A stretch of DNA of 57,649 nucleotides from Patescibacteria group bacterium UBA924 (GCA_002293725.1 DBDU01000006.1:1-57649); one strand, 5' to 3'. Positions 46,983-56,912 are shown, counted from the first letter of the stretch. A program made the numbers and translations. Notes: generated by a model not told the origin, from the letters alone.

Positions 46983-47588
46983 ATGCCGCGCCATTCTCGC
47001 AGTACTTTTCTTAAGTCACTGACTTCTTTTTCCTATAGTCATGCTGTTCTGGTTTTTGGATTACTCTTGATGTTCTTTGGAGGTACGCTTCTCTATGCTT
47101 TCTCACTATGGCAAAGAGAAGTTGAGAACCATCCTGATTTCATGACCAACTCCATTCGTGAGCGCATTTCCTTAGGCAACTATAACAGCATTACTCATGA
47201 GGACTGGAAGCAACTCCTTAGTCCACAAGAATTTGTCATTCTACGTCAGGGTGGAACTGAGACACCATTTTCAGGTAAGTACTTACATGAAAAAAGAGCT
47301 GGCACGTATGTCACTGCCGACTGCAACATCCCTGTTTTTAGGTCTGAGCAGAAGTATGATTCAGGCACTGGTTGGCCTAGTTTCTGGGCACCAATTGAAG
47401 GAGCAGTTGAGTTACGTGAAGATACTACCAATGGAGTTCCTAGAATTGAAGTAATTGAGAGAATGTGCCAAAGCCATCTTGGCCATGTTTTTAATGACGG
47501 TCCTCCACCTTCTGGAAAACGTTACTGTATTAACTCAGTAGCTCTAAAGTTTATTCCCGATCAACCTGTTGAGTTTATTGGAAAGTAA
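46983..47588 (+). CDS. msrB: Peptide-methionine (R)-S-oxide reductase with N-terminal membrane anchor
   Basis: GTETPF, KYDSGTGWPSF, SHLGHVFNDGP, RYCINS. Confidence 0.93.
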   Translation: MPRHSRSTFLKSLTSFSYSHAVLVFGLLLMFFGGTLLYAFSLWQREVENHPDFMTNSIRERISLGNYNSITHEDWKQLLSPQEFVILRQGGTETPFSGKYLHEKRAGTYVTADCNIPVFRSEQKYDSGTGWPSFWAPIEGAVELREDTTNGVPRIEVIERMCQSHLGHVFNDGPPPSGKRYCINSVALKFIPDQPVEFIGK

Positions 47589-49095
47589 GTTTAAAAAGGT
47601 CCTTCACTTTTTGACGTAAGGTTACAGTCGGAGTGGGACACGTCCTATCTTTGCAGTTGGCCTCAAAGTATTGATCAACAATGTAGAAGGATTGACCAGC
47701 ATAAAGAGTCATCACTGCTATCAATATCCAAGGTAGAAACTTCTTTAAACTCTCAAGGTAAGTAAAAAGCAAAGTTACACCCAATAATCCCAGAACGATC
47801 ATTCTTAATAATTGAGCTTCAGGAAACGGACTCTCAGGGAAACGAACTACTCCCATATTATTGATCAGTGTTAACGTCACTAAAACCGGAATGAATAGTG
47901 GAATAGTTAATGCTTTTTTCTTACTCTTTTCTACAGTCTGTAAGTTAAACGAGAAAATAGCAGCGCTGTTAATGGCTAATAAACTAAAAAGCGGAATCTT
48001 ATACCAACCCAACATGTCTTGTTCAGCACTGGTCATCCAAATTGTAAACAGACTAGCTAATGTCAGTAATGAAAGCAGCTTCGTTTCCTTAGTTTGAGGA
48101 ACAAAAAAGATAAGCAATCCTAAAAATAGAATCAGATAGTAACTCAAATCTAAGACTGCTTTGGTGTGAAAACCCGGATGAGAAAAAATAAAGGCAGGAT
48201 TCGACCATCCTAAAAGACGGGAAGATTGATCGCGCATCGCTGCCAAAAAGTTTGGTAAGTCAATTAACGCCCCATAACCAAGATAACCAACGAGAACGAA
48301 AAGAGAGACCGCTACAAAGTATAGAGCAGCACTCTTATACTTCCGTTGAGCTAAAAGAGCGAACGTAATAATTGGTAATACAAAAAGTCCTGGTAGTTTG
48401 ACAAGCCCGGCCAATCCCGTAGCTAGTATGACTGACCACAGTGGGCGTTCAGTGAAAAAAAAGTAGATCGTTAACAGCAGAAAAGTCGTCAGTAGGTTTT
48501 CAGAAACTACCATTCGTTGAGCCAGCAAAAACATTGGACTAAAGCTAAGGAGTGACAGCGCAAATAATGCCGGCAGGTTACCAAATACTTTTTTGGCAAT
48601 TTGATAGACCAAAGTTAAGTTAATTCCAGCTAATACTAAAAATGGTAGCCGATACCAAACCGCAGGCGGAATTTCTGGAAACGAGTACCCCAGCAAGTGA
48701 GACCACGTTCCCATAATAATAGGCAGGACAAAACTATGGTCAAACCACGGTTTAACGAACTTCACTCTCATCACGTATTGATCACTAAAAACATCGGAAG
48801 GAACTTCCAACCAATACCACTGGGTGGCTGCATGCTCGAAGCTTGACCAAGAGACTGGCATCCCAAACTCAGTCAGTGATTGCCCTGCCCAAATATAAGC
48901 TAACTCATCGGCATCATTAGCATATGGAATATACTCTATTTTCCAAAATCTAACTAATAAAGCAAGTAAAATTACTATGCACCAAAAGTATTTTTGCAAC
49001 CATGCCCCAAGTGATTTTTTGTCCCATAAATTCATTAAAGCAGTATGTTGAATTGGCGGTTTAGATGAAGAGCGAGTCCGTTTACTTTTTGGCAT
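47575..49095 (-). CDS. GT-C fold (PMT/ArnT-like) membrane glycosyltransferase
   Basis: ADELAY, PWFDH, RLP, SEN, LVK, GWYKIP; multi-TM. Confidence 0.75.
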   Translation of the reverse strand: MPKSKRTRSSSKPPIQHTALMNLWDKKSLGAWLQKYFWCIVILLALLVRFWKIEYIPYANDADELAYIWAGQSLTEFGMPVSWSSFEHAATQWYWLEVPSDVFSDQYVMRVKFVKPWFDHSFVLPIIMGTWSHLLGYSFPEIPPAVWYRLPFLVLAGINLTLVYQIAKKVFGNLPALFALSLLSFSPMFLLAQRMVVSENLLTTFLLLTIYFFFTERPLWSVILATGLAGLVKLPGLFVLPIITFALLAQRKYKSAALYFVAVSLFVLVGYLGYGALIDLPNFLAAMRDQSSRLLGWSNPAFIFSHPGFHTKAVLDLSYYLILFLGLLIFFVPQTKETKLLSLLTLASLFTIWMTSAEQDMLGWYKIPLFSLLAINSAAIFSFNLQTVEKSKKKALTIPLFIPVLVTLTLINNMGVVRFPESPFPEAQLLRMIVLGLLGVTLLFTYLESLKKFLPWILIAVMTLYAGQSFYIVDQYFEANCKDRTCPTPTVTLRQKVKDLFKLTFQ

Positions 49096-49570
49096 TACTT
49101 ATCGTCGGCTGTAGTATTTCGATAAAAGATCTCTCAGCTTGAATAGTCTGACCATTTTCGGCGCCACAGGCTGTAACAGTCAAATGCTGTTTAGCATGAT
49201 CAAACTGCACACCGTAGCCGGTTTTATAGTACGTTCCTATTAAGATATCACTGGGTAAGCTTAAGTCCTTACTCTCTGTTAGAAAGTGAAGATCAAAACA
49301 AGAATCGTTCTGAATATCACAAGTGTTCGTGCTCAGTTTACAGCCTGTTTGTTCTGTTCCAAGTTGTTGCAGTGTTGAAGAAAAGTTGGGCAGTGTTTTA
49401 TTTCGACGAGCAAAAGCTTCAACTCTGTTTGCAATAACTTCAACATCTTTTTGACGTTGTGCATTTCTCCGTTCAGCTTGTGTCCCTTTAATGTTCGTCA
49501 CACTCAGTAGTACACCCACACACAACGTAAGTACAAAGAAGAGCAGTAAAAGTAGTACAAACCGTGACAT
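49082..49570 (-). CDS. Pilin/pseudopilin-like protein
   Basis: Hydrophobic N-helix, RNAQRQKDV, Cys pair, LPSD...GYGV...VTACGAE; no clear prepilin cleavage site. Confidence 0.55.
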   Translation of the reverse strand: MSRFVLLLLLFFVLTLCVGVLLSVTNIKGTQAERRNAQRQKDVEVIANRVEAFARRNKTLPNFSSTLQQLGTEQTGCKLSTNTCDIQNDSCFDLHFLTESKDLSLPSDILIGTYYKTGYGVQFDHAKQHLTVTACGAENGQTIQAERSFIEILQPTISNAKK

Positions 49571-49614
49571 ACGCTTACGCTATCACACTCTAGTCACAGT
49601 ACAATATAAACAAT

Positions 49615-50241
49615 ATGCATACCTTTTATCTTATTCGGCATGGACAAAAGCAGTCCAATCCTGGAGAACCCGAATTGACTGAACTAGGACATAGACAAGC
49701 AAAGCTAGTAGCCGCTCATCTTAAGCTATATCCAATACAGCGAGTTGTGACTAGCCCAGCATTGAGAACACAACAAACGGCAAGGTATATTGCGGATCTC
49801 TTCCAACTGCCTATAGAGATGGATAAGCGCCTCCGTGAACGGGCTAACTGGGGTGATGATCCTGATCAGAGTTTTGAAGATTTTCTGAAGATGTGGTTTC
49901 ATTCCTCGACACAAAGAACCTATCAACCTCCAATCGGGGATTCTTCTTTACAAGCTGGTAAAAGAATTGAACAAATCGTATCAGATCTACAAACTCAAGA
50001 TGAAGTCCAACATATTGCGTTAATCACTCATGGAGGAGTAATTGCTGACTTTTTGCGCAACTTGTTTGGGGATGAGCGACTGCAACAACTCATTCGTACA
50101 TACAAAATCGGTTATGGCCATCATATTGATGAGTGCTCACTAACAGTAGTGACGTTTGAAAATAACAGCCCTCAATTAGTAGAGCTTGCTACTACCGAGC
50201 ACTTACGTTCTCTTTCTCCTCAAAGTATTATAAGTAAATGA
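49615..50241 (+). CDS. Histidine phosphatase family protein
   Basis: IRHG, SPALRTQQTA, LRE, ITHGG. Confidence 0.9.
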   Translation: MHTFYLIRHGQKQSNPGEPELTELGHRQAKLVAAHLKLYPIQRVVTSPALRTQQTARYIADLFQLPIEMDKRLRERANWGDDPDQSFEDFLKMWFHSSTQRTYQPPIGDSSLQAGKRIEQIVSDLQTQDEVQHIALITHGGVIADFLRNLFGDERLQQLIRTYKIGYGHHIDECSLTVVTFENNSPQLVELATTEHLRSLSPQSIISK

Positions 50242-52127
50242 CATTCAATGAAAGCTCGAGTAAGTTAGGCAGTTTTTTAGATAAGATTGAGAACTATGTC
50301 CCCGTCTTGGTGCTAACAGGTTTAGTTATTAGTGGGTTCTTTTGGTACGTTGATCAAGCTGAAGTGAGTAATCGTCTTCTTCTATGGATTACTTTTGTAG
50401 GAGCAGTTCCTTTTTTCCTGCAGATGTTACTTTCATTTACACGCGGACACTTTGGGGTCGATCTGATTGCTGCAGTGGGAATTTTTTCGAGTTTACTTAT
50501 CGGTGAACAGTTAGCAGGAGCGGTAATTTTGCTCATGCTTTCTGGTGGTGAGTTCCTAGAAAACTTCGCGTTGAGACGAGCTAAAAAAGAACTCACCCTC
50601 TTAATTGCTAATGCTCCCAAGATCGCTCATCTTAAACAAAAAAAAGGATTAGTTGATGTTTCCGTAGACGATGTAGAAGTTGGACAGATTATTGTTGTAA
50701 AGCCAGGTGAAGTTATTCCCGTTGATGGCATTATTACTAAAGGGAGTTCCAGTATAGATGAGTCAAGCTTGACCGGTGAGTCGTTACCAATTCAAAAAGG
50801 AGTGCATGCCTCAGTCTTAAGTGGCAGCATTAATAAAGATCACGTATTGGAGCTAAGAGCAACTCATCGAAGTAAAGAAAGTAAGTATCAGCAGATTATT
50901 CAACTCGTTAAAGACGCCGAAAAACATAAAGCACGCTTTGTTCGTTTAGCCGATCGTTATAGTGTATTTTTTACTGTCGTGGCATTTGCTTTAGCAGGAG
51001 TTGCGTGGATACTTTCTGGCACTCCTATTCGAGCCCTCTCCGTCTTAGTTGTTGCCACTCCATGTCCCTTAATCCTAGCCACACCAATCGCTTTTGCGTG
51101 TGGAATTAGTCAGGCTGCTAAACGCGGCATTATCATTAAAAATGGTTCTGTAATTGAGAAGTTGGCACAAGCAAAAAGTTTCTTGTTTGATAAAACAGGC
51201 ACCCTTACTTTAGGAGAGCCGCAGGTTCATAACGTCGAAAGTTATAGTCAACGTTTCTCTACGAAAGAAGTGCTCTCTTTGGCTGCTTCACTCGACCAGC
51301 TTTCAGCACATGTACTCGCTCGTTCTCTCAAAGGTCATGCCGACCAAGCAAAGATAAACCTGTCATATCCTGAAGAGTTCCACGAAGAAGTTGGCAAGGG
51401 CGTAACAGGAAGTATCGATGGCCAGTCATTGCTTCTAGGAAAGTTGGCCTACTTAAAGGAACACCACGTTGAGATCGCTGACCACTACTATAAACAACAT
51501 AAGACGGCCCGAGCAGCTGGCCAAGTAGTCATTTATCTCGCAACCAAGAAAAAAATAATTGGTGCCATCTTTTTTCAAGATATTGTTCGACCAAATATCA
51601 AAAAAGTTTTTGCTACCCTTCGTCAGTACGCCATCCGCGTTATTATGGTGACTGGTGACAAAGCTGAAGTAGCACAGAAGATTGCTCACACCGCTAGTAT
51701 TTCGGAAGTGTATGCAGATCTTCTCCCCGAAGAAAAAGTTCAGATTGTTGAAAAAGTCCAAAAAACCGATCAGCCTGTAGTGATGGTTGGCGATGGAATT
51801 AATGATGCTCCTGCATTGGCTAGAGCTGATGTTGGTATAACGTTAGGCGGTCATGGCTCAACTGCTGCCAGCGAGGCAGGAGATGTCACAATCATGGTCG
51901 ATAATTTAGAGAGAATTCAGGAAGTATATCAACTTTCGCGACGAGTCTTAGAAATAGCGCTGCAGTGCGTTTTAATTGGAATGGGTCTGAGCATTGGGCT
52001 GATGTTTATTGCTGCTGCGGGTTTTATCAAACCCGTCATCGGTGCCCTTCTACAAGAAGTCATTGATGTGGTTGTTATTCTCAATGCATTACGGGTTTAC
52101 ATTAAGCCGACACATTATGAACAGTAA
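50238..52127 (+). CDS. Heavy-metal P1B-type ATPase (P1B-5-like, no hemerythrin or N-terminal metal-binding domain)
   Basis: TGES, TPCPL, DKTGTLT, SAHVLA, TGD, GDGINDAP, LQEVID. Confidence 0.92.
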   Translation: MTFNESSSKLGSFLDKIENYVPVLVLTGLVISGFFWYVDQAEVSNRLLLWITFVGAVPFFLQMLLSFTRGHFGVDLIAAVGIFSSLLIGEQLAGAVILLMLSGGEFLENFALRRAKKELTLLIANAPKIAHLKQKKGLVDVSVDDVEVGQIIVVKPGEVIPVDGIITKGSSSIDESSLTGESLPIQKGVHASVLSGSINKDHVLELRATHRSKESKYQQIIQLVKDAEKHKARFVRLADRYSVFFTVVAFALAGVAWILSGTPIRALSVLVVATPCPLILATPIAFACGISQAAKRGIIIKNGSVIEKLAQAKSFLFDKTGTLTLGEPQVHNVESYSQRFSTKEVLSLAASLDQLSAHVLARSLKGHADQAKINLSYPEEFHEEVGKGVTGSIDGQSLLLGKLAYLKEHHVEIADHYYKQHKTARAAGQVVIYLATKKKIIGAIFFQDIVRPNIKKVFATLRQYAIRVIMVTGDKAEVAQKIAHTASISEVYADLLPEEKVQIVEKVQKTDQPVVMVGDGINDAPALARADVGITLGGHGSTAASEAGDVTIMVDNLERIQEVYQLSRRVLEIALQCVLIGMGLSIGLMFIAAAGFIKPVIGALLQEVIDVVVILNALRVYIKPTHYEQ

Positions 52128-52842
52128 TAATGCACAGCAAGTAAGAGAACAACTTTACAGACTAAGAAAACCAGAAAAAGCTGCCTTTTTCCCCCGTTTC
52201 TTCAAAACTGGACCAGGACAGTACGGAGAAGGTGACCAGTTTATTGGAGTGGTTGTTCCCGACATTCGTAAAGTTAGCAAAGCCTTTCGCACTTTATCTG
52301 AAAAAGAAACCTTAACTCTTTTGAGCAGTCCAATTCATGAAGAAAGAATGGCGGCCTTGTTTATCATGATTGAGCAGTTTCAACGAGGAACTGCAGCTGA
52401 AAAGAAACGCCTTCATCAGCTTTACCTCCGTCAGAGTCGCTACGTGAATAACTGGGACTTAGTAGATCTTTCGGCCCGAGTGCTGATTGGTGAGTATCTA
52501 GCTGCCGATGACATCTCTTTGTTGCGAAGGCTGGCCAAATCTTCAAATTTGTGGGAACAACGGATGGCCATTTTGGCCACGTTTACCTTTATTCTCCAAG
52601 GCAACAGCGAACCAACCCTTGAAGTTGCCGAGATGTTGGTAAATCATCCTCATGATTTAATTCAGAAAGCCGTAGGTTGGTTGTTAAGAGAAGTTGGTAA
52701 ACGCAACTCTTTGAAAGTTGAAAAAGCTTTTCTAGACAAACATGCTAAGCAGATGCCTCGAACAATGCTGAGGTACGCTATCGAACGTTTTCCTGAAACT
52801 GACAAGAAACATTACATGCAACTGAAGTTCACTTCGAACTAG
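52117..52842 (+). CDS. alkD: DNA alkylation repair glycosylase, AlkD family
   Basis: FFKTGPGQYGEGDQFIGV, NNWDLVD, WEQR, IQKAVGWLLRE, RTMLRYAIE. Confidence 0.88.
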   Translation: MNSNNAQQVREQLYRLRKPEKAAFFPRFFKTGPGQYGEGDQFIGVVVPDIRKVSKAFRTLSEKETLTLLSSPIHEERMAALFIMIEQFQRGTAAEKKRLHQLYLRQSRYVNNWDLVDLSARVLIGEYLAADDISLLRRLAKSSNLWEQRMAILATFTFILQGNSEPTLEVAEMLVNHPHDLIQKAVGWLLREVGKRNSLKVEKAFLDKHAKQMPRTMLRYAIERFPETDKKHYMQLKFTSN

Positions 52843-53627
52843 TTAGTTGCCAGCCCCTGTCCACGTTTAACGATCCATGCGTGCCAACTCAACGGCACAA
52901 TCTTGGTTAGGAAAATATAGAAGTGATTACGCCACCCGTGTACAACAAAGGACTTCCCCGCCATCATTGCGTTGTAACCTACTCGAGCAACTTCAGCTGC
53001 TGTAGGCAGTTCCTGATTCTTAATCACTTTTGACTGTTCCATGTTAGCGATCTGTTGAAACTTACTTGCCGTAGGACCCGGACAGAGCGTCGTAATAGAT
53101 ACGCCAGTTCCCCGTAGCTCTTCTGAGAGTGACAACCCTAGTCTAAGAACGTAGCCTTTGGTTGAGTAGTAGACTGCCATCAATGGTCCTGGGAAAAAGG
53201 AAGCAATCGAACCTAAGTTAAGGATCTTGCCACTACCTCTCTTTACCATATCTTGAGCAAATACCTTCGTCAGATACGTCAGGGCAATCACATTGATGTT
53301 GATCATACTCAGCTCTTTTTCCCACTCTGTCTTAATAAACAGACCGTAGTCGCCAATCCCAGCAGAGTTGACAACATACTCAATTTCAAGATTAAGCTGC
53401 TGAATCTCTTTGTAGAGATCCATAACTTGATCAATGTGAGACAGATCTTTAGGAATGACGATCACTTCAATCTTGTACTTATCCCGTAGTTGATCTGCAA
53501 GCTGCGTCATGACGTCATTTTTACGAGCTACGAGCACGAGATTATGGCCGTCTACGGCAAACCGTTTCGACAGCTCGTAGCCAATCCCACTGGACGCCCC
53601 GGTGATCAGTGCAAATGGTTTGGGCAT
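52839..53627 (-). CDS. Short-chain dehydrogenase/reductase
   Basis: TGASSGIG, NSAG, YYSTK, CPGPT. Confidence 0.92.
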   Translation of the reverse strand: MPKPFALITGASSGIGYELSKRFAVDGHNLVLVARKNDVMTQLADQLRDKYKIEVIVIPKDLSHIDQVMDLYKEIQQLNLEIEYVVNSAGIGDYGLFIKTEWEKELSMININVIALTYLTKVFAQDMVKRGSGKILNLGSIASFFPGPLMAVYYSTKGYVLRLGLSLSEELRGTGVSITTLCPGPTASKFQQIANMEQSKVIKNQELPTAAEVARVGYNAMMAGKSFVVHGWRNHFYIFLTKIVPLSWHAWIVKRGQGLATN

Positions 53628-53667
53628 CTTTACTCCTTTTTCTCGGTTATAATCTAGGCTTGCATTT

Positions 53668-54921
53668 ATGTTACCGCTTAGAATCTGTATGGTCTCCTAC
53701 CATACCTGCCCACTTGCCTCGGAAGAAGGAAAAGAAACGGGAGGCATGAACGTTTACGTCTTAGAGTTGGCAAAACAGCTTGCTAACCTCGGCCATTTCG
53801 TTGATGTGTTCACTCGTAGTCAGGATACAGAAAATCCGCCAATTGTCCAAGTCTCTGATCGCTTCCGAGTGATGCACATTGTGGCAGGACCTCAAGGAAA
53901 TGTCCCTAAAAAAGACATGGTCCAGTACATTCCGGAGTTCGTGGAGAACGTCTTAACTTTCTGCCGAACTGAAAGCTTGCAGTACGACGTGATGCACTGT
54001 CATTACTACATGTCAGGGATAGCAGGCATTCAGCTACAAAAGGCCTGGAAAAACGATGGTAAAAAGTTACCAATTGTTTCGACTTTCCACACTTTAGCCT
54101 TAATGAAAAACTTGGTTGCTCGCGGTGAACTAGAAAAAGAAGACCACGTCAGAATCGATGCGGAGTTAGCACTGGTGCATGACTCTGACGCCATTATTGC
54201 TCCGAGTGAAAGTGATGCCAGTTATCTGGAGTACCTCTACGAAGCTAAACCTGAAAGTATTTGCGTCATCCCACCGGGTGTAGACACAAAAGTCTTTCAC
54301 CCTATTCCTAAATCCAAGGCACGCAAAGAAGTAGGTGCTGATCCCAAAGAAAAAATTGTCATGTTTGTCGGAAGGATTGAACCATTAAAAGGGATCGATA
54401 TGCTGATGTATGCCATCAAAGTAGTCAATAAGGATGAACCTCAGCTTCCACTCAAGCTTTACATTGTTGGTGGCGACGTTTCACAAGATGTTTCACTTTG
54501 GTCAGCCGAGCTACAAAAGTTAGAAAGCTTGCGTAAGGTACTTAGAATCCCCGATGTAGTTAAGTTCATCGGTCAAAAACCTCAACACGAACTAGCCTAC
54601 TACTATAATGCCGCTGACATCGTCGTTATGCCATCTCACTATGAGTCATTTGGCATGGCTGCCTTAGAGGCAATGACTTGTGGTGTTCCTGTGATTACAA
54701 CTAACGTAGCCGGTATTTCTGGGTTAATAGACGAACGAAAAAAAGCTCTTTTAACTTCTGTTAACAACCCACTACTACTTGCATCTCAGATTGAGTATCT
54801 CCTCACTCATCCTAAAACTCACGCCCAAATTAGTGCTGAGCTCAAAACAAAAGTAAATACGCTAGAATGGAAGAATGTCGCTGAAGACATCGTCGAGGTT
54901 TATCGTTCATGTCTGAAATAA
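53668..54921 (+). CDS. GT4 glycosyltransferase, MshA-like
   Basis: HTCPLA..G.ETGGMNVYV, HCHYYMSG, TFHTL, FVGRIEPLKG, ESFGMAALEA. Confidence 0.85.
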   Translation: MLPLRICMVSYHTCPLASEEGKETGGMNVYVLELAKQLANLGHFVDVFTRSQDTENPPIVQVSDRFRVMHIVAGPQGNVPKKDMVQYIPEFVENVLTFCRTESLQYDVMHCHYYMSGIAGIQLQKAWKNDGKKLPIVSTFHTLALMKNLVARGELEKEDHVRIDAELALVHDSDAIIAPSESDASYLEYLYEAKPESICVIPPGVDTKVFHPIPKSKARKEVGADPKEKIVMFVGRIEPLKGIDMLMYAIKVVNKDEPQLPLKLYIVGGDVSQDVSLWSAELQKLESLRKVLRIPDVVKFIGQKPQHELAYYYNAADIVVMPSHYESFGMAALEAMTCGVPVITTNVAGISGLIDERKKALLTSVNNPLLLASQIEYLLTHPKTHAQISAELKTKVNTLEWKNVAEDIVEVYRSCLK

Positions 54922-55448
54922 CAGCTAATACCGCACACCGTTTTTTGATCTTCCGTCATGGGCTAGCGACACGTAATCCTAATGGGTATGGGGAGCAGAT
55001 TCTGTCAGCTCCTTTACTTGATGAAGGTATTCCAGCCATTGAGAAGCTAGGGCTTTTTCTAGCAAAAAGTGCTGGTGATTTTCAGTACTGTTCTGAAATC
55101 TTACGCTGTCGGCAGACGGCTGAGATCGTCACCAAAATAACTGATAAGCAGTTTGTTTTCGATGCTCGTTTAAATGAGTATCATCAAGAACCATTCCCCC
55201 AGTTCGTAGAACGAGTTGACTCATTCTTAGTGGAAACCATTGAAAAAGCCGATCGGTTCAAACAAACACGCGATGCCACTGAAGAGCCAGTTACTATCTG
55301 GATCTGTACCCACGGCGCTGTAATTGCCGCCCTTAAACATCTTCTCTTAGAAGGCAGTTTTAGCCAAGAAAATGAGCTGGACTATACCCAACCTGGTGAA
55401 CTTCTCGAAATTTGGAAGAAGTCTCTACAGCTCCACATTTTCAACTAA
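54909..55448 (+). CDS. Histidine phosphatase family protein, overlapping the MshA-like gene
   Basis: FRHG, SEILRCRQTA, LNE, CTHGAVI; 13-bp overlap. Confidence 0.85.
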   Translation: MSEITANTAHRFLIFRHGLATRNPNGYGEQILSAPLLDEGIPAIEKLGLFLAKSAGDFQYCSEILRCRQTAEIVTKITDKQFVFDARLNEYHQEPFPQFVERVDSFLVETIEKADRFKQTRDATEEPVTIWICTHGAVIAALKHLLLEGSFSQENELDYTQPGELLEIWKKSLQLHIFN

Positions 55449-55678
55449 CTTTCATCCTGCGTAGAGTCTTCAAGTGGTGAACGCACAGCTGTCCCTGTAC
55501 GTAAACTGCGTCTCACTGCTAACAAATTTGCTACTACCTCACTCAGATCTTGTTCGGATGCATGTGCATGATTCAAGCCATGTTCAATACCGCAAACAGG
55601 GCAAATACTCGAATTTGCTTCAGGATCGAGTAAGTTACCTGGCTCGTGTAAACGACGTGTATTTATTTTTCTCTCCAT
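55445..55678 (-). CDS. Small hypothetical Cys/His protein
   Basis: ICPVCGIEHGLNHAH; AGAGG SD upstream on the minus strand. Confidence 0.55.
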   Translation of the reverse strand: MERKINTRRLHEPGNLLDPEANSSICPVCGIEHGLNHAHASEQDLSEVVANLLAVRRSLRTGTAVRSPLEDSTQDES

Positions 55679-55693
55679 TTTTAAACCTCTTTT

Positions 55694-55745
55694 TGCAATT
55701 TAGTTGCATTTTACTTACTTTTTGCTAAAATGCAACTTGATTGCA
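55694..55745. promoter_or_regulatory. Symmetric bidirectional promoter with two TGCAA-N5-TTGCA operator boxes
   Basis: 20-bp inverted repeat (18/20 match, 55694-55713 and 55726-55745); each strand reads TTGCAT-N16-TAAAAT. Confidence 0.75.
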
Positions 55746-55778
55746 TATAAATAAGATGTAGTACGACAAAGGTGACCT

Positions 55779-56912
55779 ATGGCTATCGCACAAGAAACAA
55801 TGAGTAAGTTCCGGCAGTTTGACCGAAAAGCTCGTCAGACGATCGATGCGCTCCCTCTAAACTCCAAACCTGATATCCGTGAGATTGAAGCAAGTATTCT
55901 CCACGCTGGTGCAGAGACCTTGCAGTTGATTGACAGACTCCTACAAGGTGAGAAAGTTCAGTTGGCTGGTATTACTGATACGGAAGAACACTTGGAGGGT
56001 TACATTCAGCGCGTCGTAGATCGACATAGTGATCCACAAGCAGCCGGACAGTATGTGATCATCGATGTTGATCGTCATCGTTTTTTAGGCATTTCTCAGT
56101 TAGCACAACGAGACTTAACAAATGATGAGCTTCGAAACATCTACGGAAACCATAGCGATGAAGTTTTAACGCAGGCCAAGCGAGCCAACAAGCTACCACT
56201 AACGACTGACTTAGGAGTTCAGATTTCCTTTTCGACACTGCCATTGCATGCGATTCAAGAAGTAAACCAAATTGGAACTCGTGAAGCAAAGTTAGCCGCT
56301 CATATCACTGCTACTGGTTTAACAACTGCTCCCGAATCTCTTCACATTATCAAGAAAGAGTTACAAGAGCACTGTCATGATGAAAATCCACAAGGAAGCC
56401 TAGGTGATACTCATATCATGACACCCTTCGCCATTGCTTTGACGGCGGCAACAAGTACTGAACAACTGGATGCTGTTTTACGTTCGACGGTCAATACCAC
56501 TACTCAAGTTCATCACACTGACAATCCTACTTTGGCTCAAACAATGCATATGCATCACCTCTCTCCCGATTTAGCTCAGCAACAGACTTCAGCAATTAGC
56601 AAAACCGGATTAGTTGGAGGGGTGCAAGAGTTCCAAGTGATCTTTTGGCTACAAGGCTGGGATGGCACAGTAGCTGGTATCAATCAGGCTGAACTGCGTA
56701 AGAAGTTTCAGGTTCAAGAAGTACTGCCAATCTCATCATTGGCGGTAAGTAGAAACCTGGCAGATCTAGATCAAAGCACAAAGTTAGGGCTGACCGTCAG
56801 TGCCGGCCTAGCCGTAACCGCTACTCAGCCAGAGCAGTTAGAGCGTCAGCTAGCTAAGGCCACCAATCCTACAAATCTTTCTACGCCTATCCGACAACTC
56901 TATCGCAAGTAA
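55779..56912 (+). CDS. Hypothetical His-enriched protein
   Basis: 377-aa ORF, AAGG SD; EHCHD, VHH, MHMHH; no family recognised. Confidence 0.65.
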   Translation: MAIAQETMSKFRQFDRKARQTIDALPLNSKPDIREIEASILHAGAETLQLIDRLLQGEKVQLAGITDTEEHLEGYIQRVVDRHSDPQAAGQYVIIDVDRHRFLGISQLAQRDLTNDELRNIYGNHSDEVLTQAKRANKLPLTTDLGVQISFSTLPLHAIQEVNQIGTREAKLAAHITATGLTTAPESLHIIKKELQEHCHDENPQGSLGDTHIMTPFAIALTAATSTEQLDAVLRSTVNTTTQVHHTDNPTLAQTMHMHHLSPDLAQQQTSAISKTGLVGGVQEFQVIFWLQGWDGTVAGINQAELRKKFQVQEVLPISSLAVSRNLADLDQSTKLGLTVSAGLAVTATQPEQLERQLAKATNPTNLSTPIRQLYRK

